Shown piece by piece: positions 12,671 through 26,795 of a stretch of 62,166 nt of DNA (within the stretch, counting starts at the first letter, position 1; every line of letters begins with the position of its first letter). Source of the DNA: Coniocarpon cinnabarinum (lineage: Eukaryota); assembly GCA_051942205.1 (NCBI GenBank), contig JAVECO010000053.1:62001-124166 (forward strand). Reading direction: 5' to 3'. The translations under genes and the position numbers were made by a program. The notes under the pieces are model-generated. The model made no database searches and was not told the DNA's origin. It saw nothing but the letters and a program-made list of their open reading frames with translations.

Positions 12671-13795
12671 ATGCACTCAAGCCTATGTCTTCGGCTGGCA
12701 CGGCCCTCACCTCGCAATGCAGTGCATGGGTCCCGCAGAGCAGCTGCAGCATTCTCCTCGCAGTGCTTAAGACGAGCAGCGCATAACGATCCCGCTACAG
12801 GTACATGATAACTCGTGCCCCTTTCGGTGCGAATGTAACAGCTTATCCTAGACGCAGATTTGCATGACATCGTTTCTCCCGCGAAAACTCGCCGTCCTGA
12901 ACCTCCCAATCCCACTCCATCTCGAGATCCGGAACTTTCTACAGACGGCTCAAACCCCATGCTGCAAGGCTACCCATCCGCCGATGGATCAGGCAAGTAT
13001 ACCACATCAACAGCGACACCAGACACAACCACGCCTGAGCGAGGCACGCCATCCTCCATGGCGGCATCTTCCTCGAACAAACCAAGGTCAACCATGTCCG
13101 GTGCTGAAGGCTTCGGAAGTCGGCGGCCTGGAGCTTCTGAGGGTGTAATGAGAGCTTTGCAAGAAGAACCTCCGCGTGGTGAAACACCCCTTGGAACGCA
13201 AAGGTTTCAACGCGGCGCTACCCGTCCACGAACAGAGTCAAACATTCAGTCTGGCGCGGACAGATCAGCGGAGGCCCGAGGCAGGAAGCCGAGAAGCCAC
13301 TTTGCGCAACAAGAGCAAGTGAGACGCGACAAAGCAAGGACCCAGGCGGTTTTAGACAACCAGGCCGCACGCGCATGGAAAGAGGGAGACGTCTATGCAC
13401 CACACGATCTGTCACCTGCTGAGCAGATGAAGGCACGCTCTGCCCGCCTGGGGCTGTCAAGTCGATTTCGCATGCAGACTCGCGCACGGAGTCGGCGACT
13501 GGGCGGCGCGGACGCGTTCGACGTGCTGCGACTGGACCCAGTGAAGGAGTACAAGAACTACACGATGATGGGAGAATTTGTTAGTGAGACAGGGAGGATA
13601 CGGAGCGCGAGAGAGACGGGTCTTCGAGCCGTCAACCAGCGCAAGTTAGCGAAAGCTGTGAGGAGAAGCATCGGTATGGGACTGGTGCCGAGCGTGCACC
13701 GGCATCCAGAATTGTTTCCGGAGCGAAAAGAGCAGCGAGACGCGGTGTGGATACGCAACGAACGCCAGGTGTCGAGGCGGCAGAAGATGGGATGA
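12671..13795 (+). CDS. RSM18: Mitochondrial ribosomal protein S18
   Basis: Exon 1 encodes a presequence (MHSSLCLRLARPS..). Intron 12801-12851. Motifs GDVYAPHDLS, EYKNYTMMGEFVSETGRI..TGLRAVNQRKLAKAVRRSIGMGL, SVHRHPE. Confidence 0.9.
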
Positions 13796-14418
13796 TGCAG
13801 CTTTGGTGCATGATGTACTAGTCTGGGTGTTCTGAGGCCTCTCTCGGCGTGGGCCACCTTATTATGTACCTATTCTCCAACACTGTTCAGCGGATGCGGA
13901 ATTCACTTCCGACACACTCCATGCTACATCGTCGTGGATTTAAGCTGCTAATGGGGAACGCATCGATGCGACAGCCGTCGCACACTTATGGGATGACTGG
14001 AGTGGCCCATTGTGTCACCTGAGGTTGGAGACCTAATGCAAATGATCAGCTGGAAAGTGCTGGGTGGAAGCAAGTTGAGTCGGGAGAACAGCTGGTCCCA
14101 GTAGTCCCTTGTCTCAAAGGGCGTTTGGCCCTAAAGTTTGGGCGCCTGCCTACCCCGGAAACAGCTCATAGCCCCTAAACTTGTCTGCGCAGCCACAAAT
14201 CCGCCATGCTGCTCCCTCGCCTTCCGCGTAGTCCATGTCAGTTGATTAGGTAGGTGATTACATCACGCGCTTCGCGGCAAGCCGTTGCCTGGGCACTATT
14301 ACTACCGACCTACTCACGTCCCAGCCATCTCTCTTCCCCATCACCTGCCCATCTATCTTCCTCTTCTATCCTCCGCTTCCGCCACGCTCTTCGTCATACG
14401 CCCCATCCAGCCAACATC

Positions 14419-15736
<1,318 letters not shown>

Positions 15737-16376
15737 ATCTTGTCTGCTTGAGATCTACATGGAAACAAATGGTTAGATGGTCGCGCAAGAAAACCTGCTC
15801 TTCACAGCTGTGAGTCACGGTAATAGGCGCACATAGGAAGGGCCGAGCAGGGCGGCGTGCTGGAGGACTTGTTTGCTCATGTAATTACCAGCTGTTCCGA
15901 TTATGTACAAGGGTGAGCTCCAATACGATGTAATCCGTGCGCGTTTTCGAATCGTGCGCTTAAGTAGATTTACGAATTCCCGAATTATCACAGGCGCAAT
16001 CTCAATCACATGACTAAGGCCCCCTTCACATGTCCGGCCCGATCAGGCAATATGTTGGGCGATCACGTACTCACCGCGTGTGTCGGATGATGTTCCACTT
16101 AATTAGTCTGCTGAGGTGCCTACGCTCGACTGTTGCCTCAGCGAAGGTTTGACGCTCACACTGTCTCCCACGACAAGATTAAAGCAGAGTCGCCCATAAT
16201 AACGGCCTTCGAAAGGCAAATCTGACCATGTTTGGTCTGTTCCAAACCGCAAGAAGCCAGAGCATGCATAGCCCAGGCGAGCAACATGCTGGTCGACATT
16301 CTCTTTGCACGTACTTGTCATCATCGAAGCAGCGATAGTATATGCGCTCCTTGATTCCAATCTCCGTATCCTCAAC

Positions 16377-19300
16377 ATGCATTCGGTAGCAGCGCTCAAC
16401 CTCCGACGGAGATTTTCTGACCAGACCGCCCAAACCACGCCTCGGAGAGCTTCTTTCACCTTTCCTGAACGCTTCAAAGATGGCGACGATGCTAGCATCG
16501 ATGTTATAGCTCCTTCAAACGCCCGACAGCGCTACGTCAACCAATCCTTCCTATCCATGATAGCCAATGTCGGCTCAAACATACCTCCCGAGCCTCAAGC
16601 AAGTCTGGAAAATGATACTATACATGGCTCTGCGGGGCGAATTGGATCGAGATTGTCAAGCTCTGAGGGTGCTCTTGGCGTCCCCACTGACTTTCCCAAA
16701 ACTGTTGAGGATGGGGTGGAGCAAGTGTCAGAGCACTCGGAACATATCAATCAGTCTGCGCAACGAAGAAATGAAGACAAGCACACAGTCGAAGAACCGT
16801 CAGAGGCCGAGGTCATGGGCGCCGAAGACGATATGTCTTCCTCCGTGATTCTCCCTGCCAGGCACAAGAGTTCCATCACCGCGTCAGTGTCTGGTCTTCC
16901 GGAAAAAGATTCTCCTAGCTCCTCATGTGGCCAAGATGGTCAAGCAGACAGTCGCTTGGGCCGAGAACCTCAACCATTGCAGGCATCGAGCGTATTGTCA
17001 GGAGACCCTCCCCGAACAGCTGATCTCGCTGCGCGTGTGGCAGAGGTCTTCGGGTTTCGAAGTCCTGAGAGAATCATCACAGGTCTGTCCAATGTAGAGG
17101 AAAACCGAAGGAGGCGTCGCTAACGATTGGAATAGAGATGCCCTGCTGGCTGGTCCAGAACATCGTTGTCAATGGACGTATTTATGTCACCTCCAATCAC
17201 ATCTGCTTTTACGCATTTCTCCCGAGGAAAACAGTATGTGAATAGAAGCAGTGCTCTCAGCATCTACTGACATCAACGACAGGGCGAGGCTGCGAAATCG
17301 GGATTTTTCCTGAAGCGGGGTCCACGTAATCCAACATTCCATCGGTATTGGTTTGTCCTCCGTGGCAATGTCTTGTCCTACTATCAGTCAGCATCAACGT
17401 TATATTTCCCGCTGGGCACCATCGACTTGCGAAGCGCCATCACAGCACAATTGGAGAAGGCAGCTGATGACGGAAGCGGCAAGGGCTTCAGTATCACCAC
17501 ATCGCAGCGAATTGTGCGTTTCAAAGCTGAGAGCGTGGCCAGCGCACAGGAATGGGTCAAGAAGATTCAACAAGCAATTTTCCATTCCCACAATGTTGGA
17601 AACAGCTTAAAAATCAGCCTGCCCATTCAGAGTATTGTGGAAATTGAAGACAATCCGCTATTCGAGCGATGGGAAACGCTCAAGATCAAGGCCGTAGACA
17701 ACGAAGAGAGCTTCGCGGTTGATGAGGTATGGTTTCTCCGACGCGCGGGGAATGATGCTGACCGATAACAGTATTTCTTTTCTTTCATGAATCACGAGAA
17801 TCGTGCTCTCGAGTTGTTGCGTAAGACCATATTGAACGATCCCTCTAATCGTATGCTCGTTGGAGCTCGTAGGGACTCAGGGCCCAGAGACGATGGCTTT
17901 GACGAGCAAACTCTATCCTCCCCGCGTTCACAAGATAGCAGCCAGAAACATTTCTCAGAAATAGCCCTGAGTCCTGCGAAATCTACGGCGTCGCGAGCAT
18001 TGTCCTATGAATCGTACGACGAAGTCGCTGACACCTCTGCTGCGGACCCTTCTGATTCCGAGTCAAACGAACCCCTCTCTGCTAGCAGAATACTCAAAGG
18101 AAGTGACATTTTTCACCAGCGAAATGCTGACTCACCTCACAACATAAAGCGAGTCCGAAGCCCCTTAGAGACAAATGACCTGCAAGGACTCAGCGTCTCC
18201 CAAAGATCTGACTCGCAGGGTCAAATCGCGGACTCACAAAGCACGATTCATCCCACTTCGTCATCATCGTCTAGGATAGACTCTTTGATGCGCGCCTCGA
18301 ATGCCTCCGTACAGAAAGCGTCGGGTATAGCTGATGTACTCCGCACACAATCCAAACGCGTCAGCGAAGTCATTGCCTCTGAATCGCGGACATACTACGA
18401 TAAAGTCGCAAACATGTGGTCTGGTCGAGTGATGCATTTTGACAGTAGTGAAACTCCTCTGTCGCAAGGTAACATGGAAGAGTCGGAAATGCGACAACCC
18501 GACGCCAGCGCCGGCGACCGTTATCGCAGCTACTTCGCGCTTTCAGAACAGGACAAACTCGAAGCGACTTACCACGGGTTCTTGCTCAATAGTTTACCAA
18601 TATATGGAAAATTGTACCTCGGCAATCGTAAATTGTGCTTCAGAGCGCTAATGCTCGGCGTGCGCACGAAGATGGTCCTGCCACTTCGCGACATCATCAC
18701 AATAGACAAAGTAAAGGGTATCAACCTCGGCTACTCTGGCTTGATCATCGTCGTAAGAGGACACGAAGAGTTGTTTCTCGAGTTCGGTCAACCTGAAGCG
18801 CGTGACGATCTCGCTGTTGCCTTGCAAAAGCGATTGAGCAATTCCAAGGAGATCGAAGACAGTCGTGTGATGACTGAAGAGGATGTCCGAAGCCTCGAAG
18901 CCGCTCGAAAAGAGTACGATGCACTGGAGGAGGCTCACAGGGAGTTGCCCCGACGGGGTGAAGACCTCTTCGAGTCCATCGCCATCGACGAGGATGAAGA
19001 AGTCTCCCCAGTCATTTTCGATGACATCGATGCGTCTATCGTCGACTTCAAACCGCGCAAGTCTTTGCGTGTCGTGTGCTTGACCATAGGCTCCCGTGGA
19101 GATGTTCAGCCCTACATTGCGCTATGTCGAGGACTCAAGAAGGACGGCCATCGTCCGCTGATTGCAACTCATGAAGAGTTCGAGCCTTGGATCCGGAAGC
19201 ACGGCATCGATTTTGCACCAGTAGCTGGCAATCCTGCAGAGATTATGCAGCTCTGCGTGGAGAACGACATGTTCACCATGAACTTCTTCCGCGAGATCAA

Positions 19301-20474
19301 TACAAAGATGAAGCCATGGTTCGATAGATTACTCGACACAGCATGGAAAGCCTGTCAGGGTGCCGATCTTCTCATCGAAAGTCCTAGCGCGATGGCTGGC
19401 ATCCACATTGCCCAGGCGCTCGAGATCCCGTACTTTCGTGCCTTTTCAATGATCTGGACGAGGACGCGCGCATACCCTCATCCGTTCATTGTGCCCAAAC
19501 AGAAACTCGGCGGCAACTACAACTACCTCTCGTATGTCATTGTCGACAAGTTCCTCTGGCAAGCGAGCGCGTATCAAATCAACAAATGGAGAACCAAAGC
19601 ATTAGGCCTCCCACCAACCAGCTTCGAGCGCCTCAAAGTCCACAGCGTCCCCTTCCTCTACAACTTCAGCGCTTCCGTCGTCACGCGTCCGCTGGACTTC
19701 AGCCCCTGGATTCACGTAACGGGCAACTGGTTCCTCGACGAAAGCCAAGGTTACGAACCCCCTGAAGAACTCGCCGACTTCATCGACCGCGCTCGAGGCG
19801 ACGGCAAGAAACTCGTCTACGTCGGTTTTGGCTCGATGGTGATTGAGAACCGCGCCGCTACCACTAAGACCATAGTTGATTCCGTGCTCAAAGCAGACGT
19901 GCGCTGTATTTTCTCGAAGGGATGGTCTGATCGCCTTCAAGGCCCTTACGACACGGCTGAGATTGCGATACCCTCTGAGCTCATCGTTATTAACTCGGCG
20001 CCGCATGACTGGCTGTTCAAAGAGATTGATGCAGCTGTCCACCATGGTGGTGCTGGCACGACGGCTGCAAGTCTCCGCGCCGGCATCCCTACGATCGTGA
20101 AGCCCTTTTTTGGGGATCAGAGATTTTACGGCGCCCGTGTGGAAGATCTGGGCGTCGGCCGCTGTCTCGAGCTCTTTAATACGAGTGTGTTCTCGCGCGC
20201 TCTGTGGGAAGCGACGCACAATGAACGGATTATTGAGAAGGCAAGGGCTCTGGGGGAGCAGATCCGTGCCGAGGATGGGGTCGCCAATGCGATTCAGATG
20301 ATTTATCGAGATATGGAATATGCCAAGTCTTTGATTAGATTTCACTCTGGGAAGAAGTCGAAGGTGGAGGAGGAGGGAGAGGTGGATGTGGAAGCGGATG
20401 ATGGGGATGATGGCTCGATGGGGTGGACCATGGTGGAGGAAGATGCCGCGGATGCGGATGAGTTTGATGCATGA
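16377..20474 (+). CDS. ATG26: Sterol 3-beta-glucosyltransferase (GRAM-PH-GRAM-GT1)
   Basis: PERFKDGDDA N-terminal motif; GRAM (PCWLVQ..GRIYVT..HICFYA); PH domain; LTIGSRGDVQPYIAL; HHGGAGTT..PFFGDQ. Introns 17083-17135, 17234-17282 and 17727-17771. Confidence 0.95.
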
Positions 20475-21989
20475 TGATGAGGGCAACGAGGAGGAGGATG
20501 AGGAGGAGAAGCAGGAGGGTGACGAGTCCGGTGGTGGATGGGTAAATGGAGCATGAGGATGAGGCCATGAACTGGTGATGCTGCCGGGGGAGAATGAGAT
20601 ATGCGTGACGGCCTTTCGGATGAAGTCATGTTTCATGTTATTATAGTATGCATAGCTAGGCGCTGCTGCCGTTCTTCAAGATCAAGATCAAAGGGAGAGG
20701 ATTGTTCCCCGCTCTGATTCGGACGCGTTGAATTAGTATAGTACAGTGCAATCAGATTTCTGCTCTGACATGTTCTCGTGTAACCACGATTTGACATGTC
20801 GTCGGATGAGACGACAGGGCTCTCGATCACCAGTGCGAGGTGCACTTTATTTTGACACCTTGCACAATGAACGTGCTTCCGCCGTTATACCGACCATTCC
20901 GCGGCCAGAGCTTTGCAAGTGATAATCTTTCCCACGTTAGAATCAGAGAGTCTCGTCCTTGACCGTCCTAACTCATTGACATCGAGAGTCGAAGAGGACG
21001 CATCGCCAGCTTTGAAAGCAAAGGCTGCTTCACTGTCATGGCGAGAGAAGTAAAAGATATCCCGTTTGGGAACGGCTTTGGCGTGGATCCCGCCTCGAGG
21101 ACTTACAGAAGGGCCGTGACTTTGGAACCATGTCGCGATTTCGCTTCATGGCCAGGTTGCGGTGCGATTTTTTTGACATTTGGGGATTTTGTGCTTGGTG
21201 CGTTGAGGTGGGGCAAATTGGACTCGTGGATATGCGGGTTTAGTATTGGCTGATCTGGAGGTTTATGAGTCTGTGCTAATTTGTGCTGGATGAGTGAGTT
21301 GTAGACCGTTGGCTTGTTAGTCGAGGGGGATTAACGGCGCTCTGCACCGACTGCTCTAGAAATCGGTGAGCTTCTCTAAGTGCTTGACGTGCTATTGGTT
21401 GCGTGGATGCCCTACTGCGTAGACACACATCCATTCTAATATTTTCTTTTTCTTTTCCCTTTCTGTTTTGGCTTTGCAGCACTGTTGCAATGCACTTCCA
21501 CATTATCACGGCGTGGACTACCACGGACGACAAACCCGGGCTCCTTAGTACCCTATTAAAATGTCTACATTCTGCTCAGAAAGACGAACTAAGTGTGTTT
21601 ATCCATTAAGTAAATAGCGCAAATAACGGGATTAGAGAATCACTGGTATTACATGCGTGGGGACTCAAAGCGTGGCTAGCAAATAAGAGCAGATAGACAC
21701 AGTATCAGAGGTCAAGAAAAACAGACAGATGACCTCAGGCAGTTGAGTCATCTCAGCGATAACGAAAGAGCGGGAGTATTTGTCAATCAAATTGGCTCTA
21801 ATAGAGTCCGAATCAAACATCGCGACAAAATCCGGAAAATCCTGGATACCGTGTCATCCACGCTGGAGTATTCGTGTTGTGATTCCTGACATTATACCTC
21901 AAATACGGGGCGCAGAGCGAGGACCTGGCTCAAAGCACCAGCGCAGAAACTTGACCCTGATCTCAGACACACCTATTCGCGAATTCTGC

Positions 21990-22948
21990 AAGATTCAAGT
22001 ATCTACGAGGATTCAAGGATGAGGATGAGGAAGCTTAGAATTCGGAGGGATTGCGGCAATAGAACATAAGAGGATCTTCAAGGATTTCGAGGAATCGTAA
22101 AGTGATGATCTGGAAGGAGTGGCGAGGGATAGATCTCGCAAGAGTACTCTCATACTAGATAGATCCCGCAATGCCACCATCCTGTCATACCACCATCCCG
22201 AGTTTCTATGAATCAAGATGCAGAACCCCGCAGAAGGATCAAATGACGCGACTTAATGCGCATCCCACTGCGATCCCTAAAAATTTAAGCAAATCTTTTA
22301 GCAGAAACGTAAGTCGGGCCCAACGCTAGCTACGGACAATTGGGACCGCGTTACAAATTCGTTGCCGGCCTCAGATCAGAATCAAGAACTCTCATAGCAG
22401 CATTCTCGAGAATTAGTGTGTCAGGAAATAGGCTCGAGCTTGTTAAGTGCAGGCTCATCAGGTGAATCATCACAGTGGCGTTTGAGCAAGAGTCGGCGCT
22501 CGGTTTTAATCGGCGCAGTGAAGCCATATTTAAAGAGGACATTGCTATAATGGAGCTGCGATTAGAACAAGAAGAGCGCTTCATATCTGATCAATTGCTG
22601 AATTACGGTACGGTATGCACGATTCGACGAGGTTTTGCGATCATCTTTTCGGTGACTATAATGCTTGCTTTGGAGATTACAATTTTCTTATCGATGAGGG
22701 ACTTGATGACAACCGGACTGCGGTTCCTGATACTCTGCATATTTTGCTATGGGCATGCACTCTTCATCTGCCTTGCAGCGTCAATGTTGAAAAGCGCAGT
22801 GGATTCTCCTAAATCGTTACATTCACCTATGGTAAATCGGGTTGCAAATCAATTTGACAGTTCAGAGTTGCAAACGATGCGTCGACTTTTGACGTGGATT
22901 TTCAGTAGATCAAGCTCTCTGACGTGTGATAATACGCGTAGAAGGTAA
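21990..22948 (+). pseudogene. Possible degenerate orphan gene ending in two hydrophobic segments
   Basis: The frame of ORF 22475-22948 (two TM-like stretches) continues upstream through one TGA to a CAG acceptor near 22374, with a GTAAGT donor near 22309. Further upstream are protein-like frames broken by stops. No family recognised. Confidence 0.25.
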
Positions 22949-23451
22949 AACCTTTGAGGATTCGACGCACTGTTATGACGAGTTCTGTGACCGGTGTAAT
23001 TCCTTGCACGATGCCTGACGCAAATTAGAGGAAGTCGAAAAATCGTTGTGACAAAGTCGGTGGATAGTCGCTACCATGTTTCAGATCCAGTATCACACGT
23101 GTAGCGAGACGCAGCTCCAGACAATGATCACATAGCATGAGCAAAGCTTGGAGTGAGAAAGCTTGGAGTGGAATGCGATCAACAAGGCTAGGGAGACTCT
23201 CTATGGTGCGGAGCGTGACTTGTGATGCGGCGCTTGCTGTCGTTCAGGCCTATTGCGATGAAAGACCACCAAATCAATGAGTGTGACGTATCTCGACAAA
23301 CTGGATTTGAGAGTCTTGGATTGTGTCATACGTTGGCGAGCTGCAGGAATGCTAGGATTACATTATGATATAATATAGACGACTTGTTGTTACGTGTAGC
23401 CTTGGGTTGAAATGGTTTCCAGTGGGAAATGCGCTGATGAAGAAATACGGC

Positions 23452-24766
23452 TCACAAGGATTCCTCGCGAGGCTCAGATGCGCCTTGACCCCTTTCATTC
23501 TCAGATAGACTGGAGAAGAGATCTGGCACCGAGTTATGAGAGTCGCCGGTGGAGCCGAGATGGCGCTCGATCGTTGTGACTTGCTTCTTCGGAGCGTCCG
23601 AGGAGCAGTCGAATTTCTCGGTCGAGATAAGCGCAGGACGTGGCCGCTGAACAGTCTTTTCTCCGCGACAGAACATCACCCACGATCTTTTGCTCGAGCC
23701 GTCCGGAATCCTGTTGAAAGTCTTGTGCTGCATGTAGTGCTTCCTCAGCTGATGCAGAGCCGGCAAGCAGGCAACGATGATGAGGCCAACTATCTCCGCA
23801 TTCGTGCAGTAGGTCAATGCGGGGCTGTGCCCTATTGCTGTGCTTAGCCCGTTGCTTTGAAAGACCAAGACGGTGTGTGTTCGTGAGCCAGGTACTTACA
23901 TGATGTTTCGGTGTATTGGATGATGAAGACTCTGGCGAAGCTGCACCCGGCGGTCAACATCCCACATCCAAGAAGCAGACAGACTGCTATCTTGGTGCGC
24001 GCTGCGATCTGCGACCGTCTTAGAATGAAGAAGGGAAGCAGAGCGCACATGAAGTCGATGGTGGCATCGAGAGCTGCACATCATGTCAATAATCTAGCTG
24101 TTTTTACTGATTGTGCCGAGCTCTCGGGAACGAAACGAAAAAGCTGAACGAGAGCCATCAGAACGCACCAGAGAACGCCTTGAGGCATCCGATTTTGGCA
24201 TCTGTGCTGATGCACCAACGGCCGGAACCCCCATCCCCCAGATGTGAACTGGGCAAACAGGACATGCACATGATGATGCAGGAGCCCGCCAAAACGCTTG
24301 CATTAAGTGCGACCGCCACGTAGATGTACACTGGCCAAGGTCGAATCTGACGCACGATGCCCAGTAGGAATAGGCAGATCGAGGTGCGGGAACAAAATTT
24401 ACTGATGCTTGCGACGACGACTGCCACTATATCCATCCGTGCAAGAACAACAATTTCGTGAAGTGAGTATTCTGTTTCTTGCTGTGGCGTTCCGACAGTA
24501 TAAACTCGGGCGAGCTGGTTGGCACCCCAGCCGAGACTAAAGAGCTGTGTTGTCTTAGCGCGTGCGGACGAGAAAGTAGAGCTGGGGGCAATCTTGAGGC
24601 GTACCAGAGCTGGGATCATGAGATAGTCTTCCCAGCGCAAGTCGCGTTTGATGTGGAAACGTGTGTAAAGGCGCACGGCAACTAATATGCAGGTGACGGC
24701 GCTGAAGATGCTAAAGCAAATTGGGGATCCCAATATCGCCCAATCCTGGTTCGTAGCGGTAGACAT
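23452..24766 (-). CDS. Pth11-like (fungal rhodopsin-domain) integral membrane protein, no CFEM domain
   Basis: VRLYTR....L.WEDYL, RTSICLFLL, DATIDFMCALLP, TKIAVCLLLGCG, AEI...IIVACLPAL. Introns 24545-24604, 24074-24168 and 23832-23899. Confidence 0.85.
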
Positions 24767-26795
24767 CTTGATGAGGTGGCACCTTAGAGAGAAAGGATGA
24801 AAATTGCAATCTGCTGCACAACCCTACTGCTGCACAAAGAAGACAGAGGACGCTCCTTTTAAGTCTTCAACATGATAGCAATGCCATGGCGACGCGTTTC
24901 ACGTCTGCATAAACGTGAGCGGTCATGCAGGGAGAGAAGCAAAGCACCGAGGGAGAATGGCCATGACTGCCGTGAAAAAAGGATACATCGCTCAATGCAC
25001 AACGTCGCCGTGGCATTTGCTGCAAGCAAGCAGCGCACAGAAAGGCGGCTGATGGCCCGCTGGTGCAGAGATAGCAAAACACACCGTTGTGGAAGAGACG
25101 GTCGGGCGCTATAGTTTTCGATGTTATGCATCAAGGGGGATGTAGTCGAAACATGGTGAAAGGGGCGGGTGGAGTAAAAAGGCGAATGGGCGTTGGGGCC
25201 AAAAGAATGGAATGTCTTGGCGACGACCAAGAAGGACTAGCGGGGTCAGCGGGGAAGACGGGCCACGCACGGGCCTCACAGTCCGCCGCACTGGCACGTG
25301 ACTCGTCTTCCCGGGGTCTGCGAAGTACATAGGAGATGTCCGTTGGACTGACGGCCAATTGAATATCTGTACCGTCTTCCGACAGAGCTGTCTGCTTGTT
25401 GCATGCGTGGACAACACGTGCACTACCCTCGAGGAACCCCAACCGCCGACTGCTGATTGGAGCAGATCATGGCATCTGTTTCCTGTTTGAATCCTCATTG
25501 TCCCCATCGGGTCTCCATGTCTCCAGGCAGATTTCCACGGACTTTACACGAGCGGTGTGCCACACGGGACTCTGCAGCTCGGCCGTTGAGCAGGTGAAGT
25601 CCACTTCGAGCACTCCATGAGCGCGAAACGCGTGGTATCCTCGATGGTCACCGCGTTTGCAATTCTCTTTCAAGCTGCTCGTTGGCCCATCGCGACGAGC
25701 GCTCATGCATGAGAGGGAGAGAGACGGGTGGACGCCATGCACGTCTGGGAAAAGACAGCTCAGCAAGGCACGGAATGACCGAAGATCGACTGGAGAGCGG
25801 CCGTGGCACTCGTTCCTATAATTCTTGTCACTCGGAGACCGAACTGCTCGCTTTGCTCCATTTCGTGACAAATCTACCGTCAGCATGTGCACAGCATCCT
25901 TGCCCTGAGCAATGAAACTGTGGTTTCCCGAATCGTTTCAAGATCCTAAACTGACACGTGGGTGTCGACTGAACTCAACGAGTGGCCTACCAAACATTGC
26001 TCGTTGTACAATTCAACGCACTGCTTGCGGACGGTACGGACAAACACTGATCCGTTGCCTGTACGTGCCGCCTACTCTCTAACGCTTATCTAATCATGCT
26101 ATACATATCCGGATCGTTTGAAACAACTATAAGAGAAACAACCTCAAGGACCCAAGAGCGCTTTGTGAGAAATGTGATGAAGTCACCATCAGGCGCTTCT
26201 GTCACCGGCAGCCTTCGTGTAAATCATCTTCTGATCTGCCCAGACAGTCTGTGTCGTGCAGTTGCTCCACTAACACAGCCTGTGCAAACACCCTAGCGTG
26301 CAGTCAATATGATGCCCGTGACGTGCTCTGTAACGCCTAAGAAGCAAGCTAATGCTGTCTCCACTTGAATGTAGCAAAAGGTGTATCACGTGTGAGACAA
26401 CATTGACAAAGAATACACAGTCGTTGAGTTGCAACGTGTGCCCTGTCAACTGTAGATATGGTTCCATGGGCGGTATCGTATTTGGACCAGTCTGCCTCCA
26501 GCCCTGACTCGAGCTTGGGAATATGTCGATTCAACGCTGAATTGATTCTCGCGGAGGTCAAGAATGCTCACTGGTAGAATGCGCAGAAACCACCGCCAAG
26601 CCTGGAATCAAACGGCACCATCGCCACGTGGTGGCGAGTTTGCTAAACAGATGATGACGTTCATCAGTAGGTGCGTTTGAGCGCCCGGTGGAACGATGTC
26701 CGCATCCATCACTGCTGGAACTGGGGGTATTCTCGTAAGATCGATCCCTGCCACGAAGTTACTGCCGAACGCTCGGAGTAAAGGTGATCACGGTC

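Noticed and set aside
23143..23170. 13-bp direct repeat AAAGCTTGGAGTG
   Set aside because: Simple local duplication with no element between the copies.
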